Notes under the pieces: generated by a model
The model's database searches: none
Told to the model about the DNA's origin: nothing
What the model saw: the letters and a program-made list of their open reading frames with translations, nothing else
Assembly (NCBI GenBank): GCA_963716255.1
Contig: OY970303.1
Location: 4,032,001 to 4,096,000 of the forward strand
Direction of reading: 5' to 3'
DNA from: an uncultured Gemmatimonadales bacterium
GTDB taxonomy: Bacteria > Gemmatimonadota > Gemmatimonadetes > Longimicrobiales > Longimicrobiaceae
Length of the DNA: 64,000 bases
Shown here: piece by piece, positions 58,384-64,000 of the stretch
How positions within the stretch are numbered: position 1 is the first letter of the stretch
Layout of the letters: the number at the start of each line of letters is the position of its first letter
Position numbers and translations under genes: made by a program

Positions 58384-59135
58384 CCATCCGCTGGGAGGCG
58401 GCCGGCGCCACCGACGTCGGCCGGGTGCGCCGCGGCAACGAGGACGCGTTCCTGATGGACCCGGAGCGCGGCATCTTCCTGGTGGCGGACGGGATGGGCG
58501 GCCACGCGGCGGGGGAGGTGGCCAGCGCCATCGCCCGCGAGGTGGTGGGCTCCGCGCTGGCGCGCGAGCTGGACGCCGGGGTGCGCGGCGAGGAGCTGGA
58601 GCGGATGATGGACGCCTCCATCCGCGCGGCGCACGCCGCGATCCTGGCCTATGCCGCCCGCCGCCCCGCCGCGCGCGGCCTGGGGACCACGCTCACCACC
58701 TGCGTGGTGCACGAGGACGGAGTGGTCCGCATCGGCCACGTGGGCGACTCGCGCCTGTACCTGCTGCGCGACGGCGCCCTGTCGCAGCTCACCCGCGACC
58801 ACACCTGGGTGCAGGGCGAGGTGGACGCCGGCCGCCTCACCCCCGCCGCCGCCCGCACGCACGCCCTGTCGCACATCATCACCCGCGCGCTGGGCGCCGA
58901 TTCCACCGACGTCCCGGACCTGATCGCCGGCACCGTGCTCCCCGGCGACCTGCTGCTCCTCTGCACGGACGGCCTCACCGGCAAGGTGGACGACCCCACC
59001 CTCGCCGAGGTCCTCGCCGCCCCGCACCCGCTCCCCCGCCGCGTGGACGAGCTCCTCCGCGCCGCCAACGCCCGCGGCGGCGACGACAACATCACCGCCG
59101 TGGCGGTGGAGGTGACGGCTGGGGACAGGGAATAG
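58380..59135 (+). CDS. PP2C/Stp1 family Ser/Thr phosphatase
   Basis: GTGA overlap with the FHA gene. TDVGRVRRGNED, VADGMGGH, HVGDSR, CTDGL and GGDDNIT. Confidence 0.93.
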   Translation: MTIRWEAAGATDVGRVRRGNEDAFLMDPERGIFLVADGMGGHAAGEVASAIAREVVGSALARELDAGVRGEELERMMDASIRAAHAAILAYAARRPAARGLGTTLTTCVVHEDGVVRIGHVGDSRLYLLRDGALSQLTRDHTWVQGEVDAGRLTPAAARTHALSHIITRALGADSTDVPDLIAGTVLPGDLLLLCTDGLTGKVDDPTLAEVLAAPHPLPRRVDELLRAANARGGDDNITAVAVEVTAGDRE

Positions 59136-59238
59136 GGAACAGCCCGCAACGGCCACGACGGCCCTCACCCGGCTCGCTCAGGCTCGCACGGCTTTCCCCT
59201 TATATCCCCCAATCCTGGGAGAGGGTTTTTTGTCGTCC

Positions 59239-59397
59239 GCAGTTCCTGTCGTACCCCCCAAAAGCTGTACGGCGGGAGACTCGCCGGCGGTTTGGCGAGG
59301 CTCCCGCCGGCGAGGTGAGACCCGGGCTGTTTCCGGGGCTCGCCGAGCCCGCGCAGGAGACGGACGGCAGTATCGTCCGGCTCCGGAGCGGCCCGCC
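59239..59397 (+). repeat. Family 2 repeat, copy C
   Basis: Alignment to copies A and B. Preceded by a family 3b copy at 59162-59225. Confidence 0.85.
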
Positions 59398-59398
59398 C

Positions 59399-60553
59399 TT
59401 ACGCACCGACGATCTCGCCTACGGGAAGCTGTACACTGAAAACGGTGCCCTGGACGTCGCTGCGGACGGTGATGTCGCCGCCGTGGTCGCGCACGATGCG
59501 GCGGGAGACGGCGAGCCCCAGGCCGGTGCCCTCGTCCTTGGACTTGGTGGTGAAGAACGGGTCGAAGATGCGGGGGAGCACCTCGGGCGGGATCGGCGGG
59601 GCGTCGTTGAAGAAGTCCACGTGCAGGGTGCCCGGGCCCGTCCCGTTCGCCACCTCGCGCACGGTGATGCGGAGCGCGCCGCCGCCGCGCTGCCGGAGCG
59701 CGTGCTCGGCGTTCAGCACGATGTTCAGGAACACCTGCTGGAGCTGGCTGGCGTCGGCGAGGAGCGGAGGGACGGTGCGGGGGGCGCGGAGCGCGAGGCG
59801 CACCCCGGAGGCGCGCAGCTCCCGGTCGCGGAGCTCCAGGATCTCGCGCAGGGCGGCGGCGAGGTCCACCGGGTGGCGCTCGGGCTCGCTGCGGCGCGCG
59901 AAGCCCAGCAGGCTCTTCACGATGCCGCGGCAGCGCTCCACCTCGCGGAGGATGCGCTGCAGGTCCTCGGCGCGCTCGGGCTCGGGCTCGCCGCGCAGCA
60001 GGAGCTGGGCGTAGCCGCTGATGCTGGCCAGCGGGTTGTTGAGGTCGTGCGCCACGCCGCTGGCCAGCAGCCCCAGCGAGGACAGCTTGTCGCTCTCGCG
60101 CAGCTGCTCCTCCATGCGGCGCCGCTCCTCGGCAAGGCGGCGGGTGCGGATCTGCGCGGTGATGCGGGCGCGCAGCTCGGCGCCACGGAAGGGCTTCGCG
60201 ATGTAGTCGCTGGCGCCTGCGTCGAAGGCGGCGTAGATGCTTTCCGCGTCGGTCTTGGCGGTGACCATCAGGATGGGGAGCGCGTAGGCGTCCCAGCGCT
60301 GCCGCACCCGGTGGCACACCTCCAGCCCGGACATCCCGGGGAGCATCCAGTCCAGCAGCAGCACCTCGGGGAGCTCTTCCTCGTCCAGCAGCCGCAGCGC
60401 AGTGGGCCCGTCCGGCGCCAGCGCGACGTCGTAGCCGGCGCGCTGCAGCATCACGCGCAGCATGGCGGCGGAGGCGGGGTCGTCCTCGGCGATCAGGACG
60501 CGGGGGGGAAGCCCGCCCGGGGCGATCGCGGCGTCGGGGAAGGCTTCGCTCAC
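59399..60553 (-). CDS. Receiver-histidine kinase hybrid
   Basis: Receiver (AEDD, DWMLP, KPF) plus AHDLNNPL and DPFFTTK..GTGLGL. Confidence 0.93.
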   Translation of the reverse strand: MSEAFPDAAIAPGGLPPRVLIAEDDPASAAMLRVMLQRAGYDVALAPDGPTALRLLDEEELPEVLLLDWMLPGMSGLEVCHRVRQRWDAYALPILMVTAKTDAESIYAAFDAGASDYIAKPFRGAELRARITAQIRTRRLAEERRRMEEQLRESDKLSSLGLLASGVAHDLNNPLASISGYAQLLLRGEPEPERAEDLQRILREVERCRGIVKSLLGFARRSEPERHPVDLAAALREILELRDRELRASGVRLALRAPRTVPPLLADASQLQQVFLNIVLNAEHALRQRGGGALRITVREVANGTGPGTLHVDFFNDAPPIPPEVLPRIFDPFFTTKSKDEGTGLGLAVSRRIVRDHGGDITVRSDVQGTVFSVQLPVGEIVGA

Positions 60554-61896
60554 GGCGGGGGCGCGGCGTCCGCGAGGCGGCTACGCAGCTCGGCGGGGGG
60601 AAGGGCGAGGAGGGGAAGGACCTCCCCCGGCGCGATCTCCCTCCGCTCGGTGGCGAAGACGCGGAAGACGCGGGCGGTGTGGTACAGCTCGTCGGAGACG
60701 CGGGGGAGGTCGATGAGCCCGGCGCTCCCCCCCTCGGTGAGGCGCTGCACGGCCCCCCCGCGGCGCAGCGCCAGCAGGTCCAGCCCCATCATCCGCGGCT
60801 TCTCCGGGTAGTCCACGAACACCTCGCCCGTCCCCAGACCCAGCCGGGCGGCCAGGTGGTCCTCCAGCAGGCGGCGCAGGTCGGTGTCCTGCGCGATCCA
60901 CCCGTCCACCGGCAGCTCGCGGACGGCGTCGCCGGGGATCTCCAGCGCGCGCTTGGGGAGGCGCCGGCCGCGCAGCGCCGGGATCCAGCGCTCGGCTACC
61001 CGCCGCGCGCCGGGGTCGCCGCGCCCCTCGGCGCGGGCCTCCAGCACGCCCAGCAGCTGCTCGTCGGTCTTTCCCACCAGCTCGTCCGGGCGGATCACCC
61101 CGGCGTCCAGCGCTTCCTGCACCAGCCGCTTGTACAGCACGGTGGCGGCTCGTACGGCGTGGTGCCAGTAGACGTTGCGGAACATCTGGTACTTGGCGAA
61201 GAGCAGCGACTCCAGCGCGGACGAGCCCTTCTCGTGGATCCCCACCTCCCAGCGTCCGCTCTCCGGGTCGCGCAGCAGGGCCAGCGCGTGGATCAGCCGG
61301 TCCACGTCCACTTCGCCGTACGGCACGCCGCAGAACATGGCGTCGCGGCGCAGGTACTCGATCTTGTCCAGGTCCAGGCTCCCGGAGACCAGCCCCTGCA
61401 GCGGCGAGTCCGAGAGCCCGCGGATCAGCGCCTCGATGCGCGCCGGCGCGTCGGGCGCGACCTCCGCCAGGGCGGTGCGGATGCCGTCGGCGGCCAGGAA
61501 GCGCGCGGTATGCTCCTCGTGGTGCCCGGGTACACGGTCGGCGTCCAGCTCCTCCAGCGCGTGCGAGAACGGGTAGTGCCCGATGTCGTGGAGGAGGGCG
61601 GCGTAGGGGACCACGCGGCAGTCGGCGGGGTCCACGCGGTCAAGCTCGCCGCGCTCCCCCAGGAGCGAGAGCGTGCGCCGCGCGAGGTGGTACACGCCCA
61701 GCGCGTGGTCGAAGCGGGTGTGCGTGGCGCCGGGGTAGACGAGGTACGCCAGGCCGAGCTGGCGGATGTGCCGCAGCCGCTGGAACTCCGGGGTGTCGAT
61801 GACGCGCACCGCCACCGGATCGAGCCGGATGGTGTTCCAGACCGGGTCGCGGACGACCTCGAACTCCTGGGGCGGGTGCGTATCGGATTGTCGCAT
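60550..61896 (-). CDS. HD-domain phosphohydrolase (SAMHD1/dNTPase-like, COG1078 type)
   Basis: RDPVW, FQRLRHIRQLG, HTRFDHALG, LLHDIGHYPFSH, DLDKIEYLRRD and VYWHH. Confidence 0.93.
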   Translation of the reverse strand: MRQSDTHPPQEFEVVRDPVWNTIRLDPVAVRVIDTPEFQRLRHIRQLGLAYLVYPGATHTRFDHALGVYHLARRTLSLLGERGELDRVDPADCRVVPYAALLHDIGHYPFSHALEELDADRVPGHHEEHTARFLAADGIRTALAEVAPDAPARIEALIRGLSDSPLQGLVSGSLDLDKIEYLRRDAMFCGVPYGEVDVDRLIHALALLRDPESGRWEVGIHEKGSSALESLLFAKYQMFRNVYWHHAVRAATVLYKRLVQEALDAGVIRPDELVGKTDEQLLGVLEARAEGRGDPGARRVAERWIPALRGRRLPKRALEIPGDAVRELPVDGWIAQDTDLRRLLEDHLAARLGLGTGEVFVDYPEKPRMMGLDLLALRRGGAVQRLTEGGSAGLIDLPRVSDELYHTARVFRVFATERREIAPGEVLPLLALPPAELRSRLADAAPPP

Positions 61897-61907
61897 GGGA
61901 GCGGGGG

Positions 61908-61936
61908 AGTCTAGGCGCGGCGGGGTGGGGTGTCAA
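61908..61936 (-). promoter_or_regulatory. sigma70 promoter of the HD gene
   Basis: TTGACA-N17-TAGACT, ending 11 nt before the ATG. No SD sequence. Confidence 0.7.
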
Positions 61937-62050
61937 GAAGCGACGGGCGTCACACCCGGTGCATGGCGCGGCCTGCGTTCCCTCGAAGAACCTTTGTCAA
62001 CTCTTTGCCGGTTGGGTATCGGCTTCCGGTCCGGTTTCTCCATCCCATTC

Positions 62051-62086
62051 TTGCAGGACGACCCCCTTCGTCCTACTTTGTAGGAC
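62051..62086 (+). promoter_or_regulatory. Promoter and operator dyads of the MNT-HEPN operon
   Basis: TTGCAG-N17-TACTTT, overlapped by inverted repeats AGGACGA-N6-TCGTCCT and GTCCTAC-TTT-GTAGGAC. Confidence 0.6.
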
Positions 62087-62108
62087 AATGCAAAAAGGAG
62101 ATGATGTG

Positions 62109-62720
62109 ATGGCAGAATCTCTCTCCACTCCCGGCCTGGCCGCCGTGCTGACGTCTCCGGCGCTGGCGCGGCTGGTGATCTTCTTCGCGCTTCATCCGGA
62201 CGAGCCCGTCCACCTGCGTCTGCTCGGGCGCCTCACCCGCCTGGGGCGCAGGTCGCTGGAGAACGAGCTGAGGCGGATGGAGAGCCTGGGGCTGGTCGAT
62301 CGCACGCGCGAGGGGCGGAACGTCGTCCTGCGCGCCCACGAGGAGCACCCGGGCTGGCGCGCCCTGCGCGAGATGGTGCGCCAGTTCGCCGACCCCGCCG
62401 AGGTCCTTGCCGGTGCCCTGGCGCCGGTGAGCGGGGTGGAGGCCGCCTTCGTGTTCGGCTCCTTCGCGCGCGGAGACACCCGGCCGGACAGCGACGTGGA
62501 CCTGTTCGTGGTCGCCGACGAGGGCGTGCGCCGCGACCTGGGCCGCGAGGCGGCGGAAGCGTCCGTCCTGCTCGGCCGACCGGTGGAAGTGACCTGGTAC
62601 AGTCGCGAAAAGCTCCGTCAGCGCTTGGAAAGCGATAACGCCTTCGTCCGCAGGGTCGTCGATGGGCCCAAGCGCTGGGTCGTCCCCGACCGCTCCGGCA
62701 CCCTCAGGTTCGCCGCATGA
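62109..62720 (+). CDS. wHTH plus minimal nucleotidyltransferase (MNT) antitoxin
   Basis: AAGGAG RBS, N-terminal HTH, FGSFARGDTRPDSDVDLFVV. Confidence 0.88.
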   Translation: MAESLSTPGLAAVLTSPALARLVIFFALHPDEPVHLRLLGRLTRLGRRSLENELRRMESLGLVDRTREGRNVVLRAHEEHPGWRALREMVRQFADPAEVLAGALAPVSGVEAAFVFGSFARGDTRPDSDVDLFVVADEGVRRDLGREAAEASVLLGRPVEVTWYSREKLRQRLESDNAFVRRVVDGPKRWVVPDRSGTLRFAA

Positions 62721-63180
62721 GCAGACATCGGATCACCCGGCTGATCGAGGCCCGCAGCCTCGAAGAGATGGATGCTCCCGCCGCGGAGGTCGAAGGGCTC
62801 TGGAGGAACGCCGTTCGCGAGTTGCGGGACTCGCGGGCACAGGGCCTGAGCGACCAGGGAGCTTCACGCACGCATACCACTCCGCCTTTCATGCGTGCAC
62901 GGCGGTGCTCCGCGCTTCGGGGTACCGGATCCGTGGAGCCGTGGGGGGCCATCACCACAATACGTTCTACGCGGTCGCCGCGCTGGACATCGCGGGTGTC
63001 CCGGAGCTCGCGGAGGAGATGCAGGGTCTGCGGCTGGGCCGGCACGATGCCCTGTACGACTGGGAAAGCGAGGTGGACGTGGATGCCCTGGTGAGGCTGC
63101 GAGAGGTCGCCTCGGCTCTGTTGGATTCGGGTTCAGGCTGGCTCTCGGAGAGAAGACCGGACGTTCGCCTCGCGACCTGA
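62717..63180 (+). pseudogene. HEPN-domain toxin, frameshifted at GGG 62857-62859
   Basis: ATGA overlap with MNT. MSRHRITRL...GLSDQG continues in the next frame as SFTHAYHSAFHACTAVLRASGYR..GHH...LRLGRHDALYD. One extra G restores the frame. Confidence 0.75.
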
Positions 63181-63200
63181 CATGCATCACGCCGGATGAG

Positions 63201-63239
63201 GAAGAGGCGCCCCCGGCCACCGGCCGGGGGCGCCTCTTC
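63201..63239. terminator. Hairpin between convergent HEPN and pckA
   Basis: GAAGAGGCGCCCCCGGCC-ACC-GGCCGGGGGCGCCTCTTC. Confidence 0.7.
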
Positions 63240-63262
63240 CTCTCTTCGCACGGTCCGGCCGG

Positions 63263-64000
63263 TCAGCGGCCGCCGGGCCCCGCGTCGCGGACGGCCTCGG
63301 GGACGCGGTCGGCGAACTGCTCGAAGTTCTTGCGGAAGGCGTCCGCCAGCTCCGCGGCCCTGGCGTCGTACGCCGCGCGGTCCTGCCAGGTCTCGCGGGG
63401 GAGGAGCACCTCCGCCGGGACCCCGGGAACGCTCGTGGGCACCTGCAGGCCGAAGAAGGGGGCCTCCACCATCTCCGCGCCGTCCAGCTCGCCGGCGAGC
63501 GCGGCGCGCACCATGGCGCGGGTGTACCCCAGCTTCATCCGCGAGCCCACGCCGTACGGGCCGCCCGTCCAGCCGGTGTTCACCAGCCACACCCGCGAGC
63601 CGTGCTCCTCGATCTTCCTGCCCAGCATGTCGGCGTAGACGCCGGGGTGCAGCGACAGGAAGGCCGCGCCGAAGCACGCCGAGAAGGTGGGCTGCGGCTC
63701 CTTCACCCCGCGCTCCGTCCCCGCCACCTTGGCGGTGTAGCCGGAAAGGAAGTAGAACATCGCCTGCTCGGGCGTGAGCCGCGACAGCGGGGGGAGTACG
63801 CCGTACGCGTCCGCGGTGAGGAAGACGATGTTGCGGGGGTGCCCGCCGCGCGCATCCGGGACGAAGTTGTGGATGTAGTGCAGCGGGTAGGAGATGCGGG
63901 TGTTCTCGGTGATGCTGATGTCGTCGAAGTCCACCCGGCGCTTCTCGTCCACGATGCAGTTCTCCAGCACCGTGCCGAACATGCGCGTGGTCGAGTAGAT
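63263..64000 (-). CDS. pckA: Phosphoenolpyruvate carboxykinase (ATP), 3' part
   Basis: [45 protein letters not shown] and LVNTGWTGG. Confidence 0.97.
   Translation of the reverse strand: MYSTTRMFGTVLENCIVDEKRRVDFDDISITENTRISYPLHYIHNFVPDARGGHPRNIVFLTADAYGVLPPLSRLTPEQAMFYFLSGYTAKVAGTERGVKEPQPTFSACFGAAFLSLHPGVYADMLGRKIEEHGSRVWLVNTGWTGGPYGVGSRMKLGYTRAMVRAALAGELDGAEMVEAPFFGLQVPTSVPGVPAEVLLPRETWQDRAAYDARAAELADAFRKNFEQFADRVPEAVRDAGPGGR

Overview
A very GC-rich (about 73-78% in hand-counted lines) bacterial chromosomal window. The gene and repeat style suggests Gemmatimonadota (Longimicrobium-like), which is inference. The backbone is housekeeping and signalling: uvrA, sdaAB/sdaAA, pspA, dedA, moeB-rhodanese, an HD-GYP regulator, a GGEEF cyclase, an NtrC/kinase pair, FHA/PP2C, an HD hydrolase and pckA. 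Four things stand out. (1) A 23-kb surface-structure locus (22.5-45.8 kb) has two cohesin-bearing lipoproteins, two giant N-terminally dockerin-tagged Ig-repeat adhesins with different tips, three tandem phage-tail-collar proteins, a GNAT and a DUF6916-like gene. This looks like a non-cellulosomal cohesin-dockerin adhesin display system. (2) A TPR protein converges on a 75-aa lipoprotein carrying a duplicated HLIG(S/G)GN motif. The peptide gene and the C-terminal half of the TPR gene share a sharply bounded low-GC cassette, suggesting a swappable peptide/receptor signalling pair. (3) Several dispersed intergenic repeat families are present: 8 copies of a 129-bp element and 3 copies of a ~160-bp element show extensive compensatory base changes and share one hairpin module. 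(4) There is a c-di-GMP-I (GEMM) riboswitch, plus three single-base frameshifts (DNA methyltransferase, TPR protein, HEPN toxin) that may be real or assembly errors. No rRNA, tRNA, CRISPR array, transposase or integrase was seen.
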